Assembly: GCA_043745805.1 (NCBI GenBank)
Contig: JAYTSD010000045.1
Span: forward strand, 134,081-198,080
Direction: 5' to 3'
Origin: Fibrobacteria bacterium
GTDB taxonomy: Bacteria > Fibrobacterota > Fibrobacteria > UBA11236
Length of the DNA: 64,000 bases
Numbering within the stretch: position 1 is the first letter of the stretch; the number at the start of each line of letters is the position of its first letter. A program made the translations under genes and the position numbers. The notes under the pieces are model-generated. The model saw only the letters and a list, made by a program, of their open reading frames with translations. It did not search any database and had not been told where the DNA came from. Below, piece by piece: positions 28,001 through 38,369 of this stretch.

Positions 28001-28183
28001 TTATTTTACTTCGCGATGAACCGTATGCTTGCGCATAAATGGATTGTATTTCTTTTTCTCTAAACGACCGGATTGTTTGCTTTTATTTTTGGTAGTCATA
28101 TAACGGGATGGTGGAAAACCAGCTGCACGTGCTTCGGTGCATTCCAAGGTGATGACAACGCGTTTACCTTTAATCTGTGGCAT
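28001..28183 (-). CDS. rpmG: 50S ribosomal protein L33 (non-zinc-ribbon type)
   Basis: RVVITLECTE..SRYMTTKN..RLEKKKYNPFMRKHTVHREVK. Confidence 0.95.
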   Translation of the reverse strand: MPQIKGKRVVITLECTEARAAGFPPSRYMTTKNKSKQSGRLEKKKYNPFMRKHTVHREVK

Positions 28184-28261
28184 AATATTCCCTAAGATTT
28201 TTAAATGAGGGCATAAATTAGGAAATTAATGGAAATCCTTCAATGTTTACTCATATGGTTA

Positions 28262-28298
28262 TTTGATGCTTGACATCTGATGTTTGATGCGGTATATT
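28262..28298 (+). promoter_or_regulatory. vapBC promoter and operator
   Basis: TTGACA(28270)-17 bp-TATATT(28293); ACATCTGATGT palindrome and three TGATG repeats overlap it. Confidence 0.7.
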
Positions 28299-28304
28299 AT
28301 GAGT

Positions 28305-28532
28305 ATGAGAACAACATTAGACATAGACGAAGACATCCTTTTTGCAGCCAAAGATATTTCTTCTCACCGTGGATTATCCGTTGGAAAAGTCATATCGGAT
28401 TTGGTTAGAGAGTCCTTAAAGCCGAAATCAACGCCCAAATTTCGCAATGGTTTTCCTTTACTTCCTGATAACCCTAATGCAGGAATTGCCACCTTGGAAC
28501 TGGTCAATCGTTTACGAGATGAAAGTCCTTGA
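28305..28532 (+). CDS. vapB: VapB-type (RHH/CopG) antitoxin
   Basis: MRTTLDIDEDIL..GKVISDLVR..RNGFPLL; overlaps the start of the PIN toxin gene. Confidence 0.85.
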   Translation: MRTTLDIDEDILFAAKDISSHRGLSVGKVISDLVRESLKPKSTPKFRNGFPLLPDNPNAGIATLELVNRLRDESP

Positions 28533-28957
28533 CGCCTTTTTTATTAGACGTTAATGTTTTATTAGCGATGTGTGACAATCGACATGTACATCATGAAAAA
28601 GTGCATGCTTGGTTTGCAAGTAAAGCACATAAAGCATGGGCGACAAGTCCGATGACGGAAAATGGTTTTATACGAATTTTAAGCAATCAACAATATTCCA
28701 ATCCTGTTAGTGACATTATGGTCGCAGCAAATATGCTAAAGAAAATTTGTCTTTTACCAGGGTATCAATTTTGGGTTGAAGATTTTCATATTTGGGACTT
28801 TTTGGATTCGGATAAAATTCTTCGTCATACGCAAGTTACGGATACCTATCTGTTAAGTTTGGCGGTAAAGAATAGTGGTGTTTTGGCAACTTTAGACAAG
28901 CGCATAGACACTTCCCTTGTTAAAGGTGGGACGCATGCATTGGAGTTGATTGAATAA
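28529..28957 (+). CDS. vapC: VapC PIN-domain toxin
   Basis: LLDVNVL, TENGF, TDTYL and LATLD motifs. Confidence 0.88.
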   Translation: MTPFLLDVNVLLAMCDNRHVHHEKVHAWFASKAHKAWATSPMTENGFIRILSNQQYSNPVSDIMVAANMLKKICLLPGYQFWVEDFHIWDFLDSDKILRHTQVTDTYLLSLAVKNSGVLATLDKRIDTSLVKGGTHALELIE

Positions 28958-30007
28958 TCACCCTTTAAATCGTGATTTATCCAAGGCTTTGGTATAGGCC
29001 GCTTCCATTGTGACTTTTCCAGCTTTCACTAATTCCATCAAACAATCATCCATAGTCACCATCCCAATGCCGCGATTGGTTTGCATCAAAGAATTGAGTT
29101 TCAGAGATTCACCCGAACGAATTATACCGGATAGGGCCGTACAATAGAGCAAAATTTCATGCGCGGCATAACGTCGTTTTTCATCAGCACTGCGCAACAG
29201 TTGCTGGGCCACTACACCTTTTAAACAATTTGCTAATAAGGAACGAATTTGATTTTTCTTTTTCGCAGGAAAGACATCAATAATGCGGTCAATGGTTTTG
29301 GCGGCTGAATTGGTATGCAAAGTCCCAAAAACCAAAATCCCCATTTCGGCAGCGGTCAGTGCTAATTCAATGGTTTCGCGATCACGCATTTCTCCAACAA
29401 GAATAATATTCGCATCACTTTTTAAAGCGCCCCGTAATCCGGCCATAAAGGATTTGGTATCTGGTCCTACTTCACGATGCACCACCATGGATTGTTTACA
29501 AGTATGCACAAATTCTACTGGCTCTTCGATGGTGATAATTTTTTTGCGATGATTGGTATTGATATAATCGATAATGGCCGCTAGGGTTGTGCTTTTGCCA
29601 CTACCGGTAGGCCCTGTCACTAATACTAAACCACTTTGAATATCGCCAAATTGTTTGAATGTATCTGGAGCGCCAACCTCTTCCAGCGATAAAACTTTAG
29701 AAGGAATAATGCGAAATACCGCGCCATAACCAAAAAAATGTTTGAGATAATTTGCACGAAAGCGCGCTTTTTGTCCCATGGCATAAGCAAAATCAGCATC
29801 ACCGATGGTTTCATATTTTTCCCAAATATTTTCTTCACAAATTTCACTCAGTATTCTTTTTAGATATAAATCCGTTAAAGGGGGCGCTTCGCCCATTTCT
29901 TCTAATTCACCATTAATGCGAAACTTTGGTTTTTGACCTTGTTCTAAATGCAAATCCGAAGCACCGCGTTTCATTAATTCTTTGAAAAGATTGTCGATCT
30001 CAGCCAT
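28958..30007 (-). CDS. pilT: type IV pilus retraction ATPase (PilT family)
   Basis: ASDLHL, GPTGSGKST, TIEEPVE, VGEMRD and GTLHT motifs; start MAEIDNLF at 30007. Confidence 0.9.
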   Translation of the reverse strand: MAEIDNLFKELMKRGASDLHLEQGQKPKFRINGELEEMGEAPPLTDLYLKRILSEICEENIWEKYETIGDADFAYAMGQKARFRANYLKHFFGYGAVFRIIPSKVLSLEEVGAPDTFKQFGDIQSGLVLVTGPTGSGKSTTLAAIIDYINTNHRKKIITIEEPVEFVHTCKQSMVVHREVGPDTKSFMAGLRGALKSDANIILVGEMRDRETIELALTAAEMGILVFGTLHTNSAAKTIDRIIDVFPAKKKNQIRSLLANCLKGVVAQQLLRSADEKRRYAAHEILLYCTALSGIIRSGESLKLNSLMQTNRGIGMVTMDDCLMELVKAGKVTMEAAYTKALDKSRFKG

Positions 30008-31487
30008 GTTTTCCAGCTTTGAGATATTTTTCAAATTCTTTAGGGTTAATGGCTCGGCTATTCGCTTCTTCGGCACTGATAATTTTTTTTTCTACCAAAT
30101 AGCGCAAGGAGTCATCTAGCAATACCATCCCCGAGGATTTACCCGTTACCATCGCGGTACCTAGTTGATGCGCTTCATCCTTACGTATCATATTGGCTAC
30201 CGCTGAATTGACCATTAACACTTCATAAGCGGGAACTAAACCTTCTCCATCAAGTCGAGGAATGAGTTGTTGGGAAATAACTCCTCGTAAGGATTCGGAA
30301 ATCATATTGCGAATAATGCCTTGCTCTTCAGGAGGAAAGGAATCTATTAAGCGATAAATAGTACGGGAAGCATTTGTTGTATTCATAGTCCCAAAAACCA
30401 AATGACCCGTCTCTGCCGCAGAAACAGCTAACTGTATACTTTCCAAGTCACGTAACTCGCTGATGACCATGATATCGGGATCTTCGCGTAAAGCGGCGCG
30501 CAAGGCACTTTCTTGCGTTAGGCTATGGATTTTTAATTCCCGTTGAGTAATTTGACAACGTGCTGGCGTGTATACGAATTCTAAGGGATCTTCGAGCGTG
30601 ATAATATGATCGGGCCGCGATTGATTGACTAATTCCACCAAAGTATTAAGGGTAGTACTTTTTCCGCAACCTACCGGACCCGTTACCAATACCAAGCCCT
30701 GCGCCCAATGCGTAAGGTCTTTGCATGGTTCTGGTAAACCACTTTCTTCAAAGCTACGCACCCTCACTGGAATAAGTCTAGCGGTAATTTCCCAACCCGA
30801 CCTTTGTTTCATGAGGGTAACACGAAAGCGACCGTGACCTTCGAGTGCGTAAATCGTTTCTAAATCGCCATCGGCTTCAAATTTTTTCAATTGTTCGGGA
30901 GTTAAAAAGGAATGCGTCCAAGCTTTTAAGTTTTCGGAAATTAGTTTTTCGGAAGAGTAGGGTGTGAGTATTCCATAGCGTTTGAAAATAATAGGATTGT
31001 TAACTGACAAATGTATATCGGAGGCGTCATTGCTACGGGCAAAATGCAAAATGTCATGCCAAGAATTTTGGGGGGATAATAATCCATTAGCTGGAGGAGA
31101 ATAGTTTTCAAAATGACTAATTGATATTGAAGATTGGTCTGGAACATTAGGATATGTTTGCTGTTGAGCAATAGATTCTGAAACCGATTGAATAATTATA
31201 TTTCCGACAGGCGAAGTTATTAGGGGAATGGTTTCTTCGATTTTTGCAATAGAAGGTTCCACCGTGGCCACTTGGGATGGGGTTTGTTCATATTCAGGAG
31301 CTACTTCGAGTTTAGTTACATAATCAAGAAGTTGATAATAGGTTTCCTCAAGTAATAAACCTTGATCTACTAAGATCGCTGCAATATTTTTTTCCGGAGT
31401 AATATTAGGCCATATTTTAATCAAATATTCTTGACTGGCCATATTATTGGCCACTATAACTTGGGCCATCAATTCATTATTTATCAT
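30000..31487 (-). CDS. PilT/PilU family ATPase with about 140-aa N-terminal extension
   Basis: ASDIHL, GPVGCGKST, LEDPLE, ISELRD and GTMNT (variant His box). Confidence 0.88.
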   Translation of the reverse strand: MINNELMAQVIVANNMASQEYLIKIWPNITPEKNIAAILVDQGLLLEETYYQLLDYVTKLEVAPEYEQTPSQVATVEPSIAKIEETIPLITSPVGNIIIQSVSESIAQQQTYPNVPDQSSISISHFENYSPPANGLLSPQNSWHDILHFARSNDASDIHLSVNNPIIFKRYGILTPYSSEKLISENLKAWTHSFLTPEQLKKFEADGDLETIYALEGHGRFRVTLMKQRSGWEITARLIPVRVRSFEESGLPEPCKDLTHWAQGLVLVTGPVGCGKSTTLNTLVELVNQSRPDHIITLEDPLEFVYTPARCQITQRELKIHSLTQESALRAALREDPDIMVISELRDLESIQLAVSAAETGHLVFGTMNTTNASRTIYRLIDSFPPEEQGIIRNMISESLRGVISQQLIPRLDGEGLVPAYEVLMVNSAVANMIRKDEAHQLGTAMVTGKSSGMVLLDDSLRYLVEKKIISAEEANSRAINPKEFEKYLKAGKHG

Positions 31488-31508
31488 TGCGCTATAAAAA
31501 GTAAAAAG

Positions 31509-31808
31509 TTAATTTCCACCAGTATTATTGGTTAATAAAGTTGGCGGGTTAATTTCTGGGCAGTTTAAAATCCATGTAAAAGTGTTTTCATCATAAACTT
31601 TGATGCAGCCTTTGGGAACAATCATAGAATCGGATTGACTATATGTAACTTCATGGCGTTGGGAATTTGTCGTTAAGGCAGGTGAAGTGTTTTCTTTGGC
31701 ATCTATCACACAGCCGGTAAAAATAAAAATTATGAGATTTGCGAGCAGAAAATAAATTGTTGAAAAGATCCAAGGAAAAGAACCGCGTATATTTTTGCGA
31801 CTTATCAT
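31509..31808 (-). CDS. small hypothetical lipoprotein
   Basis: Hydrophobic leader ending FTG-C; co-oriented upstream of the pilT pair. Confidence 0.45.
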   Translation of the reverse strand: MISRKNIRGSFPWIFSTIYFLLANLIIFIFTGCVIDAKENTSPALTTNSQRHEVTYSQSDSMIVPKGCIKVYDENTFTWILNCPEINPPTLLTNNTGGN

Positions 31809-32001
31809 ATTTCCAGTATAACATGCGGCAAGTTGAAATCACTAAGGAAAACATAAAATTAACGTATTCTAGGAGTTACCTATGGAAGAAGAACATTGGG
31901 ATGTTTTAGAGTTTAGGGCAATTGTTTAACGAGTTTTTGTTTTTTTTAAATCTTTGCCATTTTTTTAGGTAAGGAGGCGGTATATTCCTTTTTTTCACTA
32001 A

Positions 32002-33267
32002 CTATTGAACTTTCACCAAACCCTGCGCCGCTGATCTACCGGCGATAAAGCCGCTCGCCCAAGCCCATTGAAAATTAAATCCTCCAATTCGTCCATCTAC
32101 ATCACAAATTTCTCCACAAATAAATAATCCTGGGCAAACTCTTGATTCCATAGAATTAAGATGAATTTCAGAAAGTGGTACTCCTCCGGCAGTAACTTCG
32201 GCAATACCGAAACCTTTATCTCCAATTATGGGTAATGGCATATCCATCACGGCTTTTACCAAGCTTTGTCGATCTTTTCGACTAAAACGATTTCCTGGAG
32301 TACGTGGATCAATTTCCGCTGCTAAGCACAAAGCTTCGGCCAAACGTTCGGGAAACAATTCACGCATTAAAGTGAGTGGCATTGCTGCGCCGAGGTCGCG
32401 TAATTGTTCGTCTAGCTGTTCTGGAGAGATATTTGGTAACCAGTTGATCCATAAATTTGCACTCGGATCTTCAAATCGTGCTGCGGTGAGATAACGGCTG
32501 ATATTTAAAGCGCAGGGGCCAGATAATCCGAAATGGGTGCATAAAGTGGAGTCTGTAAATGCTTGTATTTTTTTACCCGTTCCACTACGTGCTTCGAGTT
32601 TGGTTTTTAAAGTGAGTCCACTTAAGGAACGAATAAAATGATTTTCCGCGAGCACTAAAGGAACTAGTGAAGGAAAAATATGCGGAGTAATATTATGACC
32701 TAAAGCGCGAGCCATGGCATAGCCATGACCGTCAGAACCTGTATTGGGTAGGCTACGGCCACCTGTGGCAATAATTACACATTGTGCTTTCAATAACCCC
32801 CAATCGCCTTCAAGACAAAAACCATCCTCTTGCTTTTTGATTTTTTCAACACGTCGGGGAAAATTTATTATTACTCCGGCTTCTTTGCTGGCATGCAATA
32901 AGGCATCTAATATGGAGCGTGCCTTGTCGGTTACGGGAAATAATTTTCCCGTCTCTTCGCGTTTTAATTCGACACCTAGTTTATTGAAAAAATCAATAGT
33001 GTCTTTAACTTCAAAGTGACCTAATACTTTGCGAATAGAATTACGCGAAGAGCCTGCATAATCTTCAGGAGTTACTTCAAAATGCGTAACATTGCAGCGA
33101 CCTCCTCCAGCCGCTAATATTTTTGCACCTAATCGTGTGGCACCATCGAGAAGTACTACTTTAAGATTGGGGGCTGTACGTGCTGCAAATATTGTCGCCA
33201 TAAGCCCTGCGGCTCCTGCGCCTACAACTACTATATCGGCATTTTGTATTAATTTCGGATTTTCCAT
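32002..33267 (-). CDS. HI0933/YhiN (BaiN-like) family flavoprotein
   Basis: GAGAAG, KILAAGGGRCNVT, THFGLSGP, VTAGGV and GGFNFQWAW motifs. Confidence 0.92.
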   Translation of the reverse strand: MENPKLIQNADIVVVGAGAAGLMATIFAARTAPNLKVVLLDGATRLGAKILAAGGGRCNVTHFEVTPEDYAGSSRNSIRKVLGHFEVKDTIDFFNKLGVELKREETGKLFPVTDKARSILDALLHASKEAGVIINFPRRVEKIKKQEDGFCLEGDWGLLKAQCVIIATGGRSLPNTGSDGHGYAMARALGHNITPHIFPSLVPLVLAENHFIRSLSGLTLKTKLEARSGTGKKIQAFTDSTLCTHFGLSGPCALNISRYLTAARFEDPSANLWINWLPNISPEQLDEQLRDLGAAMPLTLMRELFPERLAEALCLAAEIDPRTPGNRFSRKDRQSLVKAVMDMPLPIIGDKGFGIAEVTAGGVPLSEIHLNSMESRVCPGLFICGEICDVDGRIGGFNFQWAWASGFIAGRSAAQGLVKVQ

Positions 33268-33302
33268 TTTCCCCTAATTGCCGATTATTGTATGGCATTA
33301 TA

Positions 33303-34187
33303 TCAATAACCGAAATTAGCTCCCAAAGAATCTATTTTCAATTCTTTCACCCAGATATTACGAAAACGTACGTCACGACCCTCGCTTTGTAATTTAATAC
33401 CATAAGTTAAAGTATCTAAAAATTCTTCTCCACTATGATTACTTAAGCCGGAACCTCCTGTATGTAAGCTCCTATAAGAATGAACAAGTACTCCATTCCA
33501 CCAAACTGAAATCAGAGGGTTGCAAGTCATAGCTTTATTTTTAAAACGAGCATCTTGGAAAATTATATCCAAAGCTTGCCATTGCCCATTCTTTTTATTT
33601 TGGTTTGAAAGCGGTTTATAGTCATCAACGAGGGATCCCATATCATGGTTGCTAGGATTATTTTTAAAATTAATAAACCACGATTTAATTTGTATTTCGT
33701 ATCGACTTGCAACATAGAGGCCACTATTAAAATAACCTTTACTATTGGGATCAAAAGCCTCGTTGACATTGGCATTTGGTTTTATGGTATCAAACGGTTT
33801 GTCATATTCACCCATGCCAACAAATTCACAATGAATACGCATATCTTTAAATATTCCTTGAGTCGCTTGTATATCGTCAAAACCCCATTTGGAATTGCAG
33901 CAAGATTGCAGACTAACTCTATTCGTATCCTTGAGAAACTCCGGATCTCGAACAATGCGAAAAGCGGTTTGCGAGGACGAATTAAAGCGTGGCCAGTTTT
34001 TCCAATTTGATTTCAAGTCTTGCAAAGCGGCTGTACGGCCATGTGAGCCATCAAAAAGTATAATGCTTCCAATTGGAGGCTTGGCCCCAACTCCTTTTGT
34101 GGATAAAGTTTCGGCTAATGTGGAGATGGGGATGGATGCGTTTAGGAGGCAAAAAATCAAGGCATAGCCTTCAACATGTTTAGCCAT
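33303..34187 (-). CDS. secreted DUF1080 (3-keto-disaccharide hydrolase-like) protein
   Basis: Signal peptide; LFDG, NSGLY..RYEIQI, GQWQ..DI.F and LQSEG..VRFRNIW motifs. Confidence 0.78.
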   Translation of the reverse strand: MAKHVEGYALIFCLLNASIPISTLAETLSTKGVGAKPPIGSIILFDGSHGRTAALQDLKSNWKNWPRFNSSSQTAFRIVRDPEFLKDTNRVSLQSCCNSKWGFDDIQATQGIFKDMRIHCEFVGMGEYDKPFDTIKPNANVNEAFDPNSKGYFNSGLYVASRYEIQIKSWFINFKNNPSNHDMGSLVDDYKPLSNQNKKNGQWQALDIIFQDARFKNKAMTCNPLISVWWNGVLVHSYRSLHTGGSGLSNHSGEEFLDTLTYGIKLQSEGRDVRFRNIWVKELKIDSLGANFGY

Positions 34188-34297
34188 TGGCCCGATTCCT
34201 TGCGTACGAAAATATTTTCATTATCGGCTTTTTTGATTTTGGGTTATTATGCTATAGTTTCTTAAATCCTTTACAAGTAATAAGTGTACCTTAAAAC

Positions 34298-34333
34298 AAA
34301 AAAAGACGTACCGGTATTTCTCCGGCACGTCTT
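34298..34333 (-). terminator. rho-independent terminator
   Basis: Minus strand AAGACGTGCCGG-AGAAATA-CCGGTACGTC-TTTTTTT, just after the stop at 34349. Confidence 0.8.
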
Positions 34334-34348
34334 GAGGTCTATCAGAAT

Positions 34349-35197
34349 TTACTTCCAGCTTGAAGCAAAGTCTTGCGCATAGGCTTTGAATCCACGTGGT
34401 GCCTGGCCTAGAATCTCCAGTACAGTATTATTTTGCACAGCCACATATCCTGCCTTCACAAAGGTGAAAAGCAATAAAAGCAATTCCGCATAATCCGCAG
34501 GAACTCCGCCACCTAATAATCCTTGTTTCAATTCTTCCGGCGCAACATCTACATAAGAAACAGGCTTACCCGCAGCCTCAGAGATCAAGGATGCTACCTG
34601 AACATGGTCGAGTAATTCAGAACCAGTCAAGGTGAAGGCCAAATTGTTCAGCTTATCATCAACCAGTAACTTTGCAGCTACGGCTGAAATATCGCGCGCA
34701 TCAATGAATGCAGCTTTGCCATCGCCCGCTGGCAAGCGAATTTGTCCTTGGGCTTTAATTCCATGCACCCAAAAAGTGTTAAAGTTTTGCATAAACCAAC
34801 TGGGGCGCACGATATTATAGGGTATACCAGACTTCTCAAGATCCAGCTCGGCGCGACGCATAGGGGCTTCTGGATTTTGTTCCACACCGATAGCTGTCAT
34901 CAAGACCACTTTTTTGAGTCCAACCGCTTTGGATTTGGCGATAAGGGGCGCGAGTATTTGATATTGATCTGCGTAACCTCCAGGTGAAAGAAAAAAAGCA
35001 CGATCAATGCCCGCGAATGCGGCATCAAGACCTTCGCCGGTTGTTAAATTGAGTGTTACCGTATCAGAAGCAGATGTTGGTTTACTGCTGGTGGTTCGCA
35101 CGGAATGCCCTTGAGCTTTGAGTAATCGAACAATTTCTGAGCCGACTGTACCCGAAGCGCCTACTACGAGAATTTTAGAGGAATTAGCTTGTGACAT
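34349..35197 (-). CDS. NmrA-like NAD(P)H-binding oxidoreductase
   Basis: VGASGTVG, RPSWFMQN and FIDARDI motifs. Confidence 0.88.
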   Translation of the reverse strand: MSQANSSKILVVGASGTVGSEIVRLLKAQGHSVRTTSSKPTSASDTVTLNLTTGEGLDAAFAGIDRAFFLSPGGYADQYQILAPLIAKSKAVGLKKVVLMTAIGVEQNPEAPMRRAELDLEKSGIPYNIVRPSWFMQNFNTFWVHGIKAQGQIRLPAGDGKAAFIDARDISAVAAKLLVDDKLNNLAFTLTGSELLDHVQVASLISEAAGKPVSYVDVAPEELKQGLLGGGVPADYAELLLLLFTFVKAGYVAVQNNTVLEILGQAPRGFKAYAQDFASSWK

Positions 35198-35336
35198 GAT
35201 GTTTCTCCTTTGAGTGTTAAGTTATGAAAGTAAATATCCATCTTGTTTTGAATATTTAAAATGCATAAAAGTCCTTAATACATGTTTATTCGTATAACTA
35301 TTGATATTTTATGACATAAGTGGTATCATTCGAGAA

Positions 35337-36266
35337 ATGGACGTTTTAACCGATATATTAAACTCTGCTGGGCTGCGTAAATCACTATTAGTCCGCCGCG
35401 CAATTTACAAACCTTGGGCCATTCGTTTCCCTTGTGAAAAAAGCATAGGATTTCATATAGTCACACATGGCAAAGCCTATATACGCGCATCTCGTTTCGC
35501 CGAACCTTTATTATTGGATCGCGGCGATATTGTACTTATGAAACGCGGCTTCGATCATGAAGTTGCCACGGATCCAGCTGTTCATTTCGCTAAAGAAATT
35601 GTCGATGATTCGAGTTCAGCGCTTATCCATGCAGAAGATCCTAATGCTAAGCCTTTGGCCATTATAGTCTGCGGAGCTTATCAATTCCAAACTCCACCTA
35701 TACATCCTCTCTTTACCGAATTGCCCGATACACTTGTGATTCGCGCGAGCGAAATTGCTTCGCATAGTCCATTGTATGCAGCCCAGCAGCTTTTGGCTGC
35801 GGAGATGCCGCAAGCTGCGCAAGGTGCAGATTCAGTTGTAAAATCATTAGTGGATTTGATGTTTCATTATATTCTGCGAGATTGGTTGAATCGTAAAACA
35901 GATAGCGAAGGTTCATCTTGGTGGAGCCAAGTTTTCCGCGATGGGCATTTGAGTAAAGCCATTCATGCCATTCATGCCAAGCCTGAATCTGATTGGACCT
36001 TAGATATTCTCGCTAAGACTGCTGGCATATCCCGCGCAGCCTTTGCGCAGCGCTTTAAACGCTTGGCTGGTGATACACCTGCTCATTATGTGGCTAAAGT
36101 GAGAGTACAGCATGCCATGGATTTACTTCGCGCCACCGACGATTCGATGGAACGCATCGCGCAACGCGTAGGTTACGGGGATGCTTTTGTATTTTCCAAG
36201 GTTTTCAAACGTATTCATGGTATATCACCGCGACAATTTCGCACCGGCATAGCTCAAGCGGCTTAG
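35337..36266 (+). CDS. AraC family transcriptional regulator (cupin N-domain), divergent from the NmrA-like gene
   Basis: MDVLTDIL start; WTLDILAKTAGISRAAFA and VGY....FSKVFKR..G.SP HTH motifs. Confidence 0.9.
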   Translation: MDVLTDILNSAGLRKSLLVRRAIYKPWAIRFPCEKSIGFHIVTHGKAYIRASRFAEPLLLDRGDIVLMKRGFDHEVATDPAVHFAKEIVDDSSSALIHAEDPNAKPLAIIVCGAYQFQTPPIHPLFTELPDTLVIRASEIASHSPLYAAQQLLAAEMPQAAQGADSVVKSLVDLMFHYILRDWLNRKTDSEGSSWWSQVFRDGHLSKAIHAIHAKPESDWTLDILAKTAGISRAAFAQRFKRLAGDTPAHYVAKVRVQHAMDLLRATDDSMERIAQRVGYGDAFVFSKVFKRIHGISPRQFRTGIAQAA

Positions 36267-36283
36267 ATAGGAGAGTACTTTAT

Positions 36284-37300
36284 ATGCGAAATTTGTTTCT
36301 CATAGCTCTGGCCAGTTGCGGTTTTTATTTTGGTTATTCAGCAAGTCTCGACATTTTCGGAATTACCCAAATGTATCCCACTAAAGCGGGAATGCGAGAA
36401 TGGAATTCAGCGCATTGGGCAAATGCCAAGGCCCGACGAGTGCAATATGATGGCGATGCTTTTGATCCAACTAATTGGACCGACAATCACAGTGTAGGAG
36501 ATAATGATAGTCTTTACATTGATGGTAAAGGAACAATGCGGCTTTCAGGAACCGGTCCTCGTTTCCATATCAATTCTATTGAGCGATATGCAAATTCCGG
36601 CCCAACACAAAAAGTTTCTCCGCAATCCTTTGTTAACGTTGAAGTGACCGGTTATTATCGCCGACTTACTACAGGCGGCAGCGCTTATGATGGTGCGGAA
36701 ATTCAAGTTCGCACTGATCCATTGGCCCATGGAAGCACGGGCGGGAGTCTTTGTGAAGCAACCGGCTATGCGGCACGTTTTCGTGATGATGGAAATTGGG
36801 ATTTTGAAAAGGAACTTAAACATCCAGGCAGCGGTGTTTATTCCACTCAAGCGGGAAGCGGAGCACCTTTGTTTGGAGGAAAAACTATTCCACTTAATCA
36901 TTGGATAGGCATGAAATTCTTGGTTTATAATTTGGATACGGAGCGCGTTCGCTTGGAACTTTATATCGATTCTGTTTCCGATGTCAATATATCTGGACCG
37001 GCTGGCGGTGGGCATTGGACCTTGGTAGGAGCGATGACAGATGATGGGACGAATTTCCCAAGTGGGGATATTTCAGGTTGTTCGGATTTAACTCCTAAAA
37101 AGGTCATTACTTCAGGCCATGGAACTTTATTGTTACGTACCGATAATGAAGCTTGCGAATGGAAAATGCTTTCAGTAAGGGAAATTACGATTAATGCGAC
37201 AACGCATCTTAATTCACGACCTTCATTAAAGTTGATGCAGTGGAGTTTTTTGCTTCGAGGATATGATTTATTGGGTAGGGAAGAGGTTCAGGGCTTTTGA
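36284..37300 (+). CDS. secreted beta-sandwich protein (carbohydrate-active or lyase-like), C-terminal YDLLGR tail
   Basis: Signal peptide; NVEVTGY, FEKEL.H, WIGMKF and LRTD motifs; GGAG RBS. Confidence 0.55.
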   Translation: MRNLFLIALASCGFYFGYSASLDIFGITQMYPTKAGMREWNSAHWANAKARRVQYDGDAFDPTNWTDNHSVGDNDSLYIDGKGTMRLSGTGPRFHINSIERYANSGPTQKVSPQSFVNVEVTGYYRRLTTGGSAYDGAEIQVRTDPLAHGSTGGSLCEATGYAARFRDDGNWDFEKELKHPGSGVYSTQAGSGAPLFGGKTIPLNHWIGMKFLVYNLDTERVRLELYIDSVSDVNISGPAGGGHWTLVGAMTDDGTNFPSGDISGCSDLTPKKVITSGHGTLLLRTDNEACEWKMLSVREITINATTHLNSRPSLKLMQWSFLLRGYDLLGREEVQGF

Positions 37301-37376
37301 TCCGATAGTGTTTGCTAATAAGGCTGCACTTTGACATGCACCAGCTTTAATAATTCATCAGATCGTATTACGCAGG

Positions 37377-37757
37377 TTACTGTCCCGCTGGAGGTTCCCA
37401 AAGTTCAATTTTGTTACCATCGGGATCTATAACCCAACCGAACTTACCTTGTTCTGAAGAGTCTGTTTTGTCGAGCACATTGCAACCTTCTGTGCGTAAT
37501 GTGGCGAGAAGAGCATCGAGATCAGCCACTCGGAAATTGATCATGAAAGACGACGTACTTGGCTCAAAGTGTTTTGTGTTCTGCGCAAATGGGCTCCAAA
37601 TAGTCATCCCTGGTTGGCTTTCAGGGCCGCCCCATGGAAATATGGCTCCACCCCAATCGGTTACGTCCAAACCAAGATGATCGCGATACCATGTGCCTAA
37701 GCTTTTAGGGTCCGCTGATTTGAAGAATATGCCGCCGATACCTGTTACTCGTTTCAT
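37377..37757 (-). CDS. VOC/glyoxalase family protein
   Basis: RVTGIGGIFF, MINFRV and GKFGWV.DPDGNKIELWEP motifs. Confidence 0.92.
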   Translation of the reverse strand: MKRVTGIGGIFFKSADPKSLGTWYRDHLGLDVTDWGGAIFPWGGPESQPGMTIWSPFAQNTKHFEPSTSSFMINFRVADLDALLATLRTEGCNVLDKTDSSEQGKFGWVIDPDGNKIELWEPPAGQ

Positions 37758-37834
37758 GGTTTTTCTCCTATGGTGATTCTCTGCAAGTATTACGGGGGGG
37801 CTTAATCATGTACTTTGTGAAATGAGTATTAAGT

Positions 37835-38110
37835 TTACCCAACCGCTTTTTTTTCACTAAAAGTTCCTGTGATATACTTATGTATCAAACTCGATATCAA
37901 TGTTTGATAAGGAAGGCCTTCTTGTATGGCCTTTCTTTGTATGGATTCAAAATCATGTACCGTCATTCGAATATTAATTCGTTTATCTTTTTTTGAAGTT
38001 TCCCGTGCTATGGATTGCCACTTTCGATTTTCTCGTTTATCCATTTTAGGTAACACTTTTAAATTTTCTACATGATCTAAAATCTCTTTTTCATATGTAT
38101 CAAGTTTCAT
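37835..38110 (-). CDS. antitoxin (BrnA/CopG-like RHH)
   Basis: KDKRINIRM and EGLPYQTLISSLIHKY motifs. Confidence 0.8.
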   Translation of the reverse strand: MKLDTYEKEILDHVENLKVLPKMDKRENRKWQSIARETSKKDKRINIRMTVHDFESIQRKAIQEGLPYQTLISSLIHKYITGTFSEKKAVG

Positions 38111-38333
38111 TATTTTCTCCTATATAATCGCGAGTTGCTTTTCGATTAGGAATAATTGTTTTAAGAAATATCTTATTTCCATCCCGTATAAACGGTACTA
38201 AGAAGACATAATATCTGATACTAATAACAAAAATATTCTGACCTGCGTATTTTTTCTGATTTGGATGTGGTATTACAGAAGTTACTTTCTCATTTTCTAT
38301 AAAATGAATTACTTCTTCGAACGAAACCCCTAC
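38100..38333 (-). pseudogene. BrnT-like toxin, 5'-truncated
   Basis: GVSFEEV..HPNQKKY..YVFLVPF..FLKTIIPNRKAT; the usual N-terminal W..EKN segment is replaced by the ArsR operator DNA. Confidence 0.7.
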
Positions 38334-38336
38334 TTT

Positions 38337-38360
38337 ACATATTCCCATATGGGAATATGT
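38337..38360. promoter_or_regulatory. perfect 24-bp palindrome, probable ArsR-family operator
   Basis: ACATATTCCCAT|ATGGGAATATGT, 9 bp upstream of the ArsR ATG. Confidence 0.75.
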
Positions 38361-38369
38361 ATTCTATCC

